The translations under genes were made by a program, and so were the position numbers. Positions 37,010 to 50,868 of a stretch of 64,000 nt of DNA are shown in pieces; the stretch's first letter is position 1; every line of letters starts with the position of its first letter. The notes under the pieces are model-generated. The model ran no database searches and had not been told where the DNA came from. It saw only the letters and a program-made list of their open reading frames with translations. Source of the stretch: Scyliorhinus canicula (taxonomy: Eukaryota); the NCBI RefSeq assembly GCF_902713615.1, contig NC_052172.1, positions 6,491,337 to 6,555,336 on the forward strand. The letters run 5' to 3'.

Positions 37010-40000
37010 AGTGACATCCCAGTAAAGCTGTGACCCGATTGGCTGGTTGGGAATCTACACTAAATTTAAAAATTAAGCATTGTTAATCTAATTAAACATA
37101 ATTACTTGATTACTTAATTATAATTTACAGGTGTATCTGAGCCAAAGATCGGAGAGTACTGTATTTAGCTTTCAGATTTATAGTAGAAATCTAGTGCTCG
37201 GAAACATATAGTTAACAGTAATTTTTAAAAATGTTAAATTTAATTTACTAATTAATTGATGCAATGTCAATTAGAGGGGTGCATTGCTCTGACTGTGAGA
37301 TGTGTCAGGTCCAGGAGGCATCCAGCGTCCAGGATGGCTTAATCTGCAGAACGTGCACCCAACTGGCTCCTCACAGGCCGCATGATTTGGTTGGAGCAGC
37401 AGTTGGATTCACTTAGGAGCATGCAGGTGGCGGAAAGCATCATCGATAGCAGTTATATAAATGTGGTCACACCCAAGGTCCAGGCAGAGAAATGGGTGAC
37501 CACTAGAAAGGGCGGACAGTCAGTGCAGGAATCCCCTGGGGTTGTCCCCCTCTTGAACAGGTATACCCCTTTGGGTACTGTCGGGGGGGGATAGCCTATC
37601 AGCGGAAAACAGCAACAGCGAAAGCAGTGGCACCACGGCAGGTTCTGATGTTCAGCAGGGAGGGTCAAAGCGCAGAAGAGTAATAGTCATAGGGGACTCT
37701 ATAGTCAGGGGGACAGATGGGCGCTTCTGTAGACATGAAAGAGACTCAAGGATGGTGTGTTTCCTCCCTGGTGCCAGGGTCCAGGATGTCTCCGAACGGG
37801 TAGCGGGAATCCTGAAGGGGAGGGCAAACAGGCAGAGGTCGTTGTACATATTGGTACGAACGACATAGGCAGGAAGGGGCATGAGGTCCTGCAGCAGGAG
37901 TTCAGGGAGCTAGGCAGAAAGTTAAACGACAGGACCTCTGGGGTTGTAATCTTGGGATTACTCCGTGTGCCACCTGCCAGTGAGGCTAGTAACAGGAAGA
38001 TGGAGCAGCTAAATATGTGGCTAAACAGCTGGTGAAGGAGGGAGAGCTTCCGTTATCTGCACCACTGGGAGTTCTTCCGGGGCAGGTGTGACCTGTATAA
38101 GAAGGACGGGTTGCATCTAAACTGGAGAGGATAAATATCCTGGCCGCGAAATTTGCTCATGTCACACGGAAGGGTTTAAACTAGTATGGCAGGGGGGTGG
38201 GTACCGGAGCAATAGGTCAGAAGGTGAAAGCATTGAGGGAGAACTAGGGAATAGGGCCATTATGGATATGAGGAAGAGCAGACAGGGAGATATTGCTAAA
38301 AACTGCGGGTCTGGTGGCCTGAAGTTCATATGTTTTAAGGCAAGAAGTATCACAGGTAAGGCAGATGAACTTAGAGCTTGGATTAGTACTTGGAACTATG
38401 ATGTTGTTGCCATTGCAGAGACCTGGTTGAGGGAAGGACACGATTGGCAGCTAAACGTTCCAGGATTTAGATGTTTCAGGTGGGGCAGTGGGGGATGTAA
38501 AAGGGGTGGAGGAGTTGCGCTACTGGTGTGGGAGAATATCACCGCTGTACTATGGGAGGGTACCTCAGAGGGCAGCGAGGCTATATGAGTAGAAATCAGG
38601 AATAAGAAGGGTGCAGTCACAATGTTGGGTGTTTACTACTGGCTTCCCAACAGCCAGCGAGAGATAGAGGAGCAGATAGGTAGACAGATTTTGGAAACGA
38701 GTAAAAACAACAGGGTTGTTGTGATGGGAGACTTCAACTTCCCCAATATTGACTGGGACTCAAAAGGGGCTTAGACGGGGTAGAGGTTGTAAGGAGCATC
38801 CAGGAGGGCTACTTAAAACAATATGTAGACAGTCCAACCTGGGAAGGGGCAGTACTGGCCTGGTATTGGGGAATGAGCCCGGTCAGGTGGTAGAGGTTTC
38901 AGTAGGGGGAGAATTTCGGGAACAGTGACCACAATTCAGTAAGTTTTAACGTGCTGGTGGACAAGGATAAGAGTGGTCCGAGGGTGAATGTGCTAAATTG
39001 GGGGAAGGCTAATTATTACAATATTAGGCGGGAACTGAAGAACATAGATTGGGGGCGGATGTTTGGGAGTAAATCAACATCTGACATATGGGAGGCTTTC
39101 AAATTTCAGTTGAAAGGAATTCAGGATCGGCATGTTCCTGTGCGGAAGAAGGATAAATAAGGCAAATTTCGGGAACCTTGAATAACGAGCGATATTGTTG
39201 GCCTCGTCAAAAAGAAAAAAGAAGCATTTGTCAGGGCTAGAAGGCTGGGAACAGACAAAGCCTGTGTGGAATATAAGGAATGTAGGAAGGAACGTAAGCA
39301 AGGAGTCAGGAGGGCTAGAAGGGGTCACGAAAAGTCATTGGCAAATAGGGTTAAGGAAAATCCCAAGGGTTTTTACACATACATAAAAAGCAAAAGGGTA
39401 ACCAGGGAAAGGATGGGCCCACTGAAGGACAGGGGAGGGAATCTATGTGTGGAGCCAGAGGAAATGGGCGAACTACTAAATGAATACTTTGCATCAGTAT
39501 TCGCCAACGAGAAGGAATTGGTGGATGTTGCATCTGGAGAAGGGTATGTAGATAGCCTGGGTCAGATTGAGATACAGGAAGACGAGGTGTTGGGCGTCTT
39601 GAAAAATATTAAGATAGATAAGTCCCCAGGGCCTGATGGGATCTACCCCAGAATACTGAAGGAGTCTAGAGAGGGAATTGCTGTTGCCTTGACCGAAATC
39701 TTTGGATCTGCACTGTCTTCAGGCGATGTCCCGGATGACTGGAGATGAGCGAATGTTGTTCCTTAGTTTAAGAAGGATAGCATGGATAATCCAGAGAACT
39801 ACAGGCCGGTGAGCCTTACGTCAGTGGTAGGGAAATTACTGGAGAGAATTCTTCGGGACAGGAAATGCTCTCGTTTGGAAGAAAATGGACGTATTGGTGA
39901 GAGCCAGCATGGTTTTGTGAAGGGGAGGTCGTGTCTCACTAACTTGATAGAGTTTTTCGAAGAGGTCACAAAGCCGATTGATGCAGGTAAGGCAGTCGGT

Positions 40001-41205
40001 GTTGTCTATATGGACTTCAGTAAGTCCTTTGACAATGTCCCTCTTGGTAAACTGGTACACAAGGTGAAGTCACACTGGATCAGGTATGAGCTGTCAAGGT
40101 GGATACAGAACTGGCTGGGTCATAGAAGGCAGAGAGTAGCAATTTTCAGTTGAAAAGCAATGGAAGGGTGCTTTTCTAATTGGAGGGCTGTGACTAGTGG
40201 TGTTCCACAGGGATCAGTGCTGGGACCTTTGCTGTTCGTAGTCTATATAAACGATTTGGAGGAAAATGTAACTGGTCTGATGGGTAAGTTTGCAGATGGC
40301 ACAAAGCTTGGTGGAATTGTGGATAGTGATGAGGACTGTCAGAGGATACAGCAGGATTTAGATCGTTTTGAGACTTGGGCAGAGAGATGGCAGATGGAGT
40401 TTAATCCGGACAAATGTGAGGTAATGCATTTTGGAAGGTCTGATGCTGGTAGGGAATATACAGTGAATGGTAGAACCCTCAAGAGTATTGAAAGTCAGAG
40501 AGATCTAGGTGTACAGGTCCACAGGTCACTGAAAGGGGCAACACAGGTGGAGGAGGTAGTCAAGAAGGCATAAGGCATGCTTGCCTTAAGTGGCCAGAGC
40601 ATTGAGTATAAGAATTGGCAAGTCATGTTGCAGCTGTATAGAACCTTAGTTAAGCCATACTTGGAGTATAGTGTTCAATTCTGGTCGCCACACTACCAGA
40701 AAGATGTGGAGGCTTTAGAGAGGGTGCAGAAGAGATTTACCAGGAGGTTGCCCGGTATGGAGGGCATTAGCTATGAGGAGCTGTTGAATAAACTCCGTTT
40801 GTTCTCACTGGAACGACGGAGGTTGAGGGGCGACCTGATAGAGGTCTACCGAAGTGTGAGGGGATAGACAGAGTCGATACTCAGAGGCTTTTTCCCACTG
40901 TAGAGTGGTCAATTACTCGGGGTCACAAGTTTAAGGTGCGAGGCGCAAGGTTTAGAGGTAATATACGAGGCACGTTTTTTACACAGAGGGTAGTGGGTGC
41001 CTGGAACTCACTGCCGGAAGAGGTGGTGGAAGCAGGGACGATAGTGACATTTGAGGGGCATCTTGACAAATACATGAATAGGATGGGAATAGAGGGAGAC
41101 GGTCCCAGAAAGTGTAGAAGATTTTAGTTTAGATGGGCAGCATGGTCGGCACGGGCTTGGAGGGCCGAAGGGCCTGTTCCTGTCCTCTACTTTTCATTGT
41201 TCTTT
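37010..41205 (+). mobile_element. Near full-length CR1 LINE, disrupted
   Basis: ORF1 remnant with SGNH/GDSL esterase (VIGDSIVRGTD, HIGTND, DGLHLN); ORF2 remnant with AP endonuclease (VVAIAETWL) and RT ([31 protein letters not shown]); CR1 3' UTR; in-frame stops. Confidence 0.92.
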
Positions 41206-41724
41206 GGTAGGTAGTCTCAAGTTCCTCCTGAATTTCCAAGACTTCCCTTTCCAGTGCCACACCAAGCTGAATCTTCCGATGTTCTTCCAAAGTGTTTTCA
41301 GCCAGTCTCTGTGCATTTCCCAATGAGTTTCCGACACGAGGTCCACGTTGCTGCCTCAATGGGTCTTAAATCCCCACAAGCTCCATTGTGCCAGAAACAT
41401 CCTCTTGCAAACATCCTCCTCTGGCAGCAATAGCTTCATCGTCCAGCAGCACGTGTCTCTGCCTCCTCATATGCCTGGGTCCACAAACCCCAACAGCCCC
41501 TCTTCTGTGTCAATGTGTGAGCAGCGGCGCTTGAGTTTCTATAGGTTTGGACTTTTTCACAGAGATCATGGACACTTATCACGTAATCTCCGGGCCGAGC
41601 TCAGCAATTTTATCATCCCCACTGGGACATTATCTGTGACCTTAAATTAGAAGAGTTAGCTGAATAGCCTTATAAAGTGTGGCCTTTCGGGTCGATGGAG
41701 ATGAACATTTTCAAAGATTTCATA

Positions 41725-42015
41725 GACTTCTGACAACGCAGGAGGAGGCCATTCGGTCTGTCGAAGCGCACCCCACCTCGGGTCAGGCACCCACTCTATC
41801 CCCATAAGCCAGGAACCCTAACTAACCTGTTGGACACTAAAGGCAATTTAGCATGGCCAATCCACCTAACCTGCGGGAGGAAACCGGAGCACCCGGAGGA
41901 AACCTATGCAGACACGGGGAGAACGTGCAAACACCGCGCAGTCACCCAGGGTCGAAATTGAACCCATGTCCCTGGCGCTGTGAGGCAGCAATGCTAACCA
42001 ATGTGCCACCGTGCC
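41725..42015 (-). mobile_element. V-SINE
   Basis: Core and head. Confidence 0.8.
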
Positions 42016-42902
42016 GCTATGGATGATGACGGTTTGGGATGAGCTGGGGGAGTGCGGATGCTGGAGTTCCAGATCAAGGGACAGAATCTTCAAATTAACA
42101 GCAAGCTGGTCAGTACTGATGTCAGGAGGCATTTAGTGACACCAACTGGAACAGTGTCCGCTGTAAAAAAAACTTTCGAGGGTGGAATTGAATTGGAAAT
42201 TTCAACAGAAAATTGGGGTTTACAAACACATCAGCCATGATTAAATCATTAAAAAGTGTCAGTGGGGGGGGGGGGGGGGGGGGTTAAACCCAACAGAGTT
42301 TAATTCGGTTTCTCCACTGTGCACCTCAGGGAGATTATTCAGGGCAGTTTCCAATTTATGAGAATGAGTGAGTTGTGGAGCAACAAGGGAATTTAAGTGT
42401 CCACAAACACAAACAATGTGAAACACAGAATGAGGCAAGATGGAATCATGGAACCTAATCGAATTCAGCCTTTACATCAATAGAATGTCATACAAAATGG
42501 GGAATGTTCTCCTGGAATTCTTACAGAACCGCAAGCATCGGAAACACTGCTCTGCTGGTGGGAAGCGGACCACAGGGCGAATATATCGGACCCAGCAGGT
42601 GGTCAGAATAATACCAAATGTTAGAGATAAAACTACAGGGGCACAGGGCACAAGACGTAGACATAAGAACATAAGAACTACGAGCAGGAGTAGGCCAGCT
42701 GGCCCCTGGGGCCTGCCCCACAATTCAATAAGATCATTGCTGATCTTTTTGTGGAGTCAGCTCCACTTTCCCGCCCGCTCACCGCAACTCTTAATGCCCT
42801 GACAAAAATCTATCCACCTTTGCCTCAAAAAACATCCAATGAGTTAGCCTCAACTGCTTCACTGGACAAGGAATTCCACAGATTCACAACCCTTTGAGTC
42901 AG

Positions 42903-43215
42903 GGCAGAACGGTAGCACAACTGGATAGCACTGCAGCTCCGCTGCGCCAGGGCCCCGTGTTCGATTCCCTGCTGGGTCACTGTCTGTGCGGAGTCTGCAC
43001 GTGCTCCCCGTGTGTGCGTGGGTTTCCTCCGGGTGCTCCGGTTTCCTCCCACAGTCCAACGACGTGCAGGCTAGGTGGATTGGCCATGATAAATTGCCCT
43101 GAGTCTCCAAAAAGGTTAGGAGGGGTTATTGAGTTACGGAGAGAGGGTGGAATTGAGGGCTTAAGTGGGTCGGACTCGATGGGGCGAATGGCCTCCTTCT
43201 GCACTGTATGTTCTC
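42903..43215 (+). mobile_element. V-SINE nested in a minus-strand CR1 3' end
   Basis: Head, core and tail. Confidence 0.85.
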
Positions 43216-43819
43216 TGTCTGTGAACAAGTTCCTCCTCAACTCAGTCTAAAATCTGCTCTCCCTAATTTTGAGGCTACGTCGCCGAGTTCTAATTTCACC
43301 CGCCAATGGATACAACCTACCTGCTTCTATCTTATCCAGTCCCTTCATAATTTTATAGGTTTTCTGTATTCCCTCCTGAAGAAACATATTGCAGTGGAGC
43401 TGATTGTGTATTTTCAGCGTCTGGTGTGCTGAGCATGATTTCAAATTTGCAGATGATAGGAAGATTGGAAGTGTTGGCAAGTAGGGGAGGATCGGCTTGA
43501 ACGTGAAAAGGACATAGACATGTTGGTTGATTGGGTAGGCAAGTGGCAGATCGAGGTTAATGCAGAGACGTGTGAGGAGGTTCATTTTGGCAGGAGGAAT
43601 CTAGAGAGACAGATGTGAAGGTTAGGTAGATTGGCGACTCCACATTGCCCCTGAGTGCCCAAGGATTAAGTGTGGCTATGGGGATGGGGCAGAGGTATGG
43701 GAGAAATAAAGGGAGAAACTCTAAAGGAAGAGCCGGAGCAGAGGGACCTCAGTGTATATGTGCAGAAAGCATTGGCAGTGGTTGGTGATGTTGAAACAAG
43801 TTTTCATGCATATATTCAT

Positions 43820-44640
43820 AGATAGTCATAGATAGAGTCATAGATGTTTACAGCATGGAAACAGGCCCATTGGCCCAGTTTGTCCATGCTGCCTAGTTTC
43901 TATCACTAAGTTAGTCCCACATGCCCGCATTTGGCCCATATCCCTGGATACCCACCCTGCCCATGTAACTGTCTAACTGCTTGTACAAGGGAAAAATTGT
44001 ACCAGCCTCTACCACTGCCTCTGGAAGCCAATCCAGGTTCTCAACACCCTCTGTGTGAAGAGATTTTCCCTCTGGTCTCGTTTTTATCTCTCCCCTCTCA
44101 CCTTAAACCTATGCCCTCTAGTTCCAGACTCCTCAACGTTTGGGAAAATATGTGGACTATCTAACTTATCTCTGCTCCTCATTATTTTATAGGCCTCTAT
44201 AAGATTACCCCTAAGCCTCCTACGCTCGAGGGAAAAATGTCCCAGTCTATCCAGCCTCTCCTTATAACTCAGACCATCAAGTCCTGGTAGCATCCTCGTA
44301 AAGCCCTTTTGCACTCTTTCTGGTTTAACAATATATTTCCTGTAATAGGGTGTCTAGAACTGGACACAGTATTCCATGTGTGGTCTTATCAATGTCTTCT
44401 ACAACTTCAACAAGATGTCTCAACTCCTGTATTCAATATTCTGGCCAACACACCTCGCATGCTGAATGCCTTCTTCACCACCCTGTCCACCTGCGACTCG
44501 ATCTACAAGGAGCTATGAACCTGCACTGCTAGGTCTTTTGTTATGTAACTTTCCCCAACTCCCTACCATGAACTGAGTATGTCCTGCCGTCATTTGATCT
44601 CCCAAAATGCATCACCTCAGTACACCATAATTTCCTAGGT
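43820..44640 (-). mobile_element. CR1 3' fragment
   Basis: QKGFTRMLPGLDGLSYKERLDRL remnant. Confidence 0.82.
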
Positions 44641-45558
44641 TTTATCAATAGGGGATTGAGTGCAAGAGTAAGATGGCCATGTTAAACTTGGAGAGGAAAC
44701 TAGATTTGCCTCATCTGAAGACGGCATCCAGTCTGGGCATAATACTTGAAGTTGGATATGAAGGCATCGGAGGGAATAGAAACGAGATTCCTAAGAATGA
44801 TTCCTCTGAGGACATATTAGAGAGGTTGGGACAATTATTCTTGGGGAACAGTGGGTCGAGAGAAGATTTGATAGAGGTATTCAACATCCTGAGGGTCATG
44901 GACAAGGTAAATAGTGAAAATCTGTTCCCACTCGAGAGAACATCAAGAGAGGACACATATTCACAATCACACGTGTAGAAAGAAATTCAACCAGAGGGTG
45001 GTTGGAGTCTGGACGGAGCATTCTGTGGAGTCAGGTTCAATTGAGGTATGCAAAGGAGAATTGGAGTTATACCTGAAAAGAAAGATTGTGTAAAGTTTCG
45101 AGGACAAGTGCGATTAAATTGGAGTGGCAGGGCATGGTGGCACAGTGGTTAGCAATGCTGCCTCACAGCTCAAGGCTCCTGGGTACATTTCAATTTCAGA
45201 GGGAGCAGCTTTCTTGAAATACATTAAGGAGAGCCTTTTATATTAGCATGTTGAGGGTCCAACAAGGCACGGTGCAGTGCTGGATCTAGCTCTGGGAAAG
45301 AAAGCAGGGCAGGTGTTTAAGGGAGCAGTAGGGGAGCATTTTATTGAGAGCGACCACAGGGCAGTACTATTTGAATTCGTCATGGAAAAGGAAAAATATG
45401 GTCTGTCAAGCGATGATCTCCACAATAAACCTTATTTGATTCTGTGAGTAGAAGGTATTCCAAGGATAAAACACAGAAACAGGCTACAGGGGGTCAATTG
45501 CCTCATTCTATCCTCCATAAAGCTTGTCGCAGACAAGCGGATAGTTCATGGTCACGCA

Positions 45559-45574
45559 GTGCCCTCTGCTGGCC
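45559..45574 (-). promoter_or_regulatory. Intergenic CTCF motif ~600 bp 3' of V7 RSS
   Basis: GGCCAGCAGAGGGCAC. Confidence 0.65.
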
Positions 45575-46181
45575 CGTTGAGGGAACATTATTTGTTTCAC
45601 TCAAAACCACCTTGGTCGCTGAATGTATCTAATGGATTGGCCCCAGCAGGGCTCCTGTGAAATCCCAACATATCCCTCATCCACTTATCCAGTATATCAT
45701 TTGTCTCTAAGGTCCACCTACGGTGTTCTGTTTAAGACACTCTCTGTGGTGGCGAGTTCCACATACCCTGCAGCCTCTGTGTACAAAGCTTTCTCCTGAG
45801 TTCCCATTAGGTTTAATCGTGACGATTTTATATTGATGATCTCCTAAATGTGGTGTCCTCACAAGTGGAAACAGTTTCTCTCCCTCTATCAATCCCGTTT
45901 CATAATGTCAAACACCTCGATCAGCGCAGCCCCCATAACCTTCCCTTTTTTACAGAACCGAACATATTCGGTTTTTCCTGATAATGAGAACTTCTGAGTT
46001 CCATCAATGCCGCTCTCCCTTTTCCAGTTCCCCTTTTACAATGTTTATCTAAATCCAATCGCTGACATTGATAATAATCCTGATCTGATTGTCAAAAATA
46101 TACAGGGTCAGCACGATAATCCACAGCTGCTGTAAGCACCGCCTGGTTTTCTCGCTCACAGCTGTCTCCTGCACCCTTTGG

Positions 46182-46220
46182 AGTTTTTGTTGAACTGCTC
46201 CATCTCTCTGAGTCACTGTG
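46182..46220 (-). other. 23-RSS of V7
   Basis: CACAGTG + 23 bp + ACAAAAACT. Confidence 0.96.
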
Positions 46221-46691
46221 CAGACTCCAGGCGCAGTAATACACGGCCGAGTGATTAACCCGCAGGCTGGAGGACTCCAGGGTGAACTCGTAGCCACTCG
46301 GTCTCGAGGCGGTAAACCCGTCCACCGGCTCTTTCGGTAACACGAAACCTTTAGCAGTGGAATAAAACATCAACTGCAGCTCCTTCCCCGGGTGTTGTCG
46401 GTACCAGAAAATAGTCGGGTCACTGCTGCTCTTGACAACACAATGCAGTTCCACACTGTCCCCGGGATATTTGGAGACAGCGGCGGGAGTCTGGCGGACA
46501 GTCTGCGAGTTCACGTCTGGGAAAGAGACAGAAGAGAAAGAGGTCAGAGCCGGGGTAATCTGGGAGGTGCAGAAGGAAAGAAATAATGGAGGGAGGAAGG
46601 AAAATATAAAGGATAGTTGTTTCCAAAAAATATTCGTGGAAAGGTCTCACTGACATTGGAATAAGATCAGGAGAGTCAGTAACACACACAT
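46221..46691 (-). CDS. TRBV: TCR beta-like V gene, family B (V7): leader 46655-46691, V exon 46221-46516
   Basis: Leader MCVLLTLLILFQ/GTCAGT; open V exon ending YYCAWS. Confidence 0.92.
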
Positions 46692-48100
46692 GTTGTCCGG
46701 GCAGACTTTCGAAATGAACTACAACAAGAGCGTTGAGTCCTGTTGGGGGCAGAGCGTTTTTTTTTAATGATTGAGGAAACGAGGAAGAGCGAACGGAAGT
46801 GATGAAGTGTTGGATGACCAGGCCCCTTCCCCTCTCAAAGCCCAGCCCCTCTGAAAGTTCCACCCCATGATTGGCTGATTGGGACAGGCGGCTCCGAAAG
46901 GGGCAGACACAGGTGAAGCGAGTGGGCAAAGCAATGGCAGATGCAGTTTCATGTGGGGAATTCTGAGGCTATCCGCGGTTGGCCTGGGGAAGAGAGAGAT
47001 GAATACTTTCTAACTGGTGTCTAGTGAGGAAGTTTGGAGCTGCAAAGACATTTAGTTGTCCTGCTCTGCTAATCATTAAAAAGAGACAGTCATGAACAGG
47101 GATCAGACATACGGTTCCGGGGAATTCTAACCTTTCTTTCCTGGGACATGGAATGGGGAACCTTCGAGAACACTGGAAAGTTTGTCTGGTGAGCCATTCT
47201 TTCAGCTCTGGCCAGATCGCTCAGAAAGAATGAATAAAACCTGGAGAGAATTCAAAGCAAATTCAACAGAATGACACCTGGCATTAAAGTGTATTCCATC
47301 TACAAGATGGGCAGCACGGTAGCATTGTGGATAGCACAATCGCTTCACAGCTCCAGGGTCCCAGGTTCTGTTCCGGCTTGGGTCACTGTCTGTGCGGAGT
47401 CTGCGCACCCTCCCCTTGTGTGCGTGGGTTTCCTCCGGGTGCTCCGGGTTCCTCCCACAGTCCAAAGATGTGCAGGTGAGGTGGATTGGCCATGATAAAT
47501 TGCCCTTAGAGTCCAAAATTGCCCTTGGTGTTGGGTGGGGTTACTGGGTTATGGGGATGGGGTGGAGGTATTGACCTTGGGTAGGGTGCTCTTTCCAACA
47601 GCCGGTGCAGACTCGATGGGCCGAATGGCCTCCTTCTGCACTGTAAGATCTATGAATGAGATGTACTGCAGGAACTCACCAATGCTCCCGAGGCAGCACC
47701 TTGTAACTCATGACCACGACCGCCGAGAAGGAGAAATGCGGCTGATAGCTGGGTTCATCACCACCTGGAAGCTCCCCTCCAATTTACTCATCGTGACTTG
47801 GAAATATAACATTGTTACTTCACAATCCTGGGACACTCCCCCTCACTGCACTGTTGGTGTGCCTACACCTCAGGGCCTGCAGCGGTTCAAGATGGCAGCT
47901 CAACACAACCTTCTCACTGGCTATTGGGATGTGGAAGAAATGCTGGCCTCGTCAGCAACGCTAACATCCCGTAAATAAGTAATGTGTACTTTTCTGGTCT
48001 CCTTGTCAATTAAATGTTATAATTACATCAGGAACAGTTCAGTTCAGTTGACCCATATTAATGTTTATCTGAGAAGGAAAGGTAAATCAGGCGGGGCCTT
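46520..48100. repeat. Segmental duplicate of ~51170-52480 (V7 and V8 upstream flanks)
   Basis: Colinear high similarity, apart from the SINE at 47309. Confidence 0.88.
47309..47658 (+). mobile_element. HE1-like V-SINE
   Basis: Absent from the paralogous V8 flank (~51950); short AGATG duplication at the ends. Confidence 0.88.
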
Positions 48101-48954
48101 CCAGCCAATCGAGAAGAAGAAAGAAACAAACAAAACCCTGAATATTCTCGACAAGAGTGGAGGCTGAGAGAATGTTTCCGCTTGTCGGGAGTCTAGAGAT
48201 AGGAGGTACAGTTTTAAATTAGGGTCTCCCACATGAGACTGAATGAGCAGATGGTATTTTTCTTAGAAGGTCGTTTATTGGAAGTATCCTCTTCCCCAGA
48301 GAGCACTGGAGGCTGGGTCATTGAATAGGTTCAAGGGTGCGGTAGTTACACTTTGAAAATGGAACGGAACAAAGGGGTGACCAATTGAGGCACAACATTA
48401 TGAGACGCCTTCACAGGGTCAACAGGAAAGACTTGCTTCCCGCTAGCTCAGGGGTCAGTTACCAGGAGGCATCGGTTTAAGGTGATTGGTCGAATGGGGC
48501 ATGAGGAAAAACATTTTCATCCAGAGGGTGGCGAGCATCTGGAATTCACTGCCTAACTTGATAGTTGAGAGTGAAACGTTCAACTCATTAAATAGGAACC
48601 TGGATTTGTATCTGAAATGTTGTAACCGGCAAAGGAATGGACCAGAAATTGGACACTGCAATTCAAATGAGCGACAAGTTTATTTTATCCTCTTTCTTAA
48701 CTGGTGCATTGCTGATGGACTGAATGGCCTCTTTTAGCACCGTCACTTTTCAATGGTTCTATCATTTCAATGCTTAAGGGGGCGGTTGGATATTAAAAAA
48801 GGATTAAAGATCAAAGCCATTCTCCAGTGTCGAGATATTTAATCGCTCACTTCTATTCTAACTCCTCTTGTGAAAAACAAGCTCCTTCACAAAACATAAC
48901 CAACACAAACAGGCTGTAGCGCTGTTATAATAACCAGGTGCTTCCTGTTACCTT

Positions 48955-49185
48955 CGGAGTTTGAACAGTTCCACTCTCTGAGTCACTGTGAACACACCAG
49001 ATGCTCAAACACCCGCCTCAGTGACCGGCCTGCAGGCTGAAGGACTCCAGATTGGACAGTTTGTACAACTGCAGAGTGAAAGATCATCCTCAGCTCCCAC
49101 CCTGAGCAATGTCTGTACCAGAACATGTCACCGATAATGGTTACACCACCCTCACACTGCAGTTACCCTCTGGGGAAATTTGGAG
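48955..49185 (-). pseudogene. Degenerate V pseudogene (type X, copy 1)
   Basis: GDMFWYRHCSGWELRMIFHSAVVQTVQ remnant with internal deletion; heptamer CACAGTG at 48984-48990; nonamer damaged; 5' part deleted. Confidence 0.82.
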
Positions 49186-49189
49186 ACGA

Positions 49190-50600
49190 GATGCTAATTT
49201 TGGAGCAGAGAATATTGAGAGGAAGTGTTGACAGTTTAGGTGCGGAGGGAACCTTTCCCCCTGGGAGCGGAATTCAGAACTCGGGACAATGTCTCGGGTA
49301 ATCAGATTCGTGTTTAAGACGGAGATGGAGGAATTTATTCTGTGAGAAGGTGATGGAATATTCCACCTCAGAAAACAATGGAAATTGGGGTATTGAATAT
49401 ATTGGACATTGAGTTAGATTGGTGACCTGCAGACGAATTGAGGGAGGGTGAGGGTGGGTTTAGGTACAGTTGGTAGTGGACTTGATGGTGTTGGATGTTG
49501 AGTTAGATTGATGAACTGATAAAGGCGTCAGAGTCATTGGAGGGTGAGACTGAAAAGCGGTTTCACGGCCACTGTTCAATCAGCCACAACCTTATTCAAT
49601 GGCACAGCAGATTAGAGGGGCCGAATGATCTCTTCCTCCTCCTGCTCTTTTTCTGACATGTGAATGGATAAACCCTCCCGTGTCAGTAACGAGTTTATAG
49701 TTTCCCTGAACATGTGAGATTCTGTCGAATTGAAAAGTTTGTGCTGTGACCTATTATTCCAATCCCAGTAGAAACCGATTCGTGTAATAGAGACCGGAAT
49801 TTCCCTGTGACGGACGGACTGTGTCACATCACAAGAATTCACATTTAAAGGCACTGTCTGTAACAAACAACTAAAATCAAGAGAGTAAACATTAATAGGT
49901 AACTAATATACCAAAATCTTAGCTAAATACTACACATACTGGGAATCGGAAAAATAACAAGACTGAGGCAACAGAAGGCTGTTTCTCATTAACCAAATAA
50001 TTGAAACTCTGACATTCTGTTGTACTTCAAACTAAAATATATAAATGAGGAAGAATTGGGTGTGGTTCCGGTGCCGCCTCCCAATTCAAGCGGACGGAAC
50101 CTTCAAGTTGGAGCCGGGCTGTTCAGTGTTGATGTCGCCAGATATTTATTGACACAAACTGGAAACGAGGAACTTGCTCTGTCTGGAGTGAACGGGAGCT
50201 TTAACACAATCTGTCATTGAGTTTTCCTGAACCAGGACATGGAGATTTGGGGATAAAGGCGGGATGATAGGGCCCAGAAACAGAGCGGCCATGATAGTCA
50301 ATGATTGAACATTCCCAAGGGTCTGAATCGGCTCCTGCGCCGAGTAGAAGGGCTGAATGGCCTCCTACTGCTCCTGCGAACCAACTTCAGGGGAAGGTGA
50401 ATGACCTAGTGCTTGGCAGAGGGAGGAAAGGCTTCCTGCTGTTCCTGAACTGAAAATTCAAGGATTCTCAATGAACGATCTGACCTTAGTTTGCGGGCTC
50501 ACAGGAAGCGAATGGTCTCCTCCTGTCCCCGTGTCCTTGTTAATCTCTGTACCCGACACTGCTCCCTTTCATGGTCCTCGAGCGCCCCCTGCTGTTACTC
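49190..50600. repeat. Segmental duplicate of ~57780-59390 (partial third copy ~34590-35060)
   Basis: Colinear high similarity. Confidence 0.9.
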
Positions 50601-50829
50601 TGGAGAAACACGTTCTGATGCTAAAATCTAAATATTTTTCCTCTCATTCTATCCAGATGGTCAAACTCCTGAATTCTGGCTATCTCCATTGTGAGACTAT
50701 CCCCAATGTCTCTATACTCAGTCACCTTTTAGAGTACCCGTATTTTGTTATTGCAATAAAAGCGTCCATTCTACAAGGACGCGATACCGCCTGGTTTTCT
50801 CGCTCACAGCTATTTGCTGCTGCCTTTGG

Positions 50830-50868
50830 GGTTTTTGTTGAATTGCTCCATCTCTCTGAGTCACTGTG
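50830..50868 (-). other. 23-RSS of V8
   Basis: CACAGTG + 23 bp + ACAAAAACC. Confidence 0.97.
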
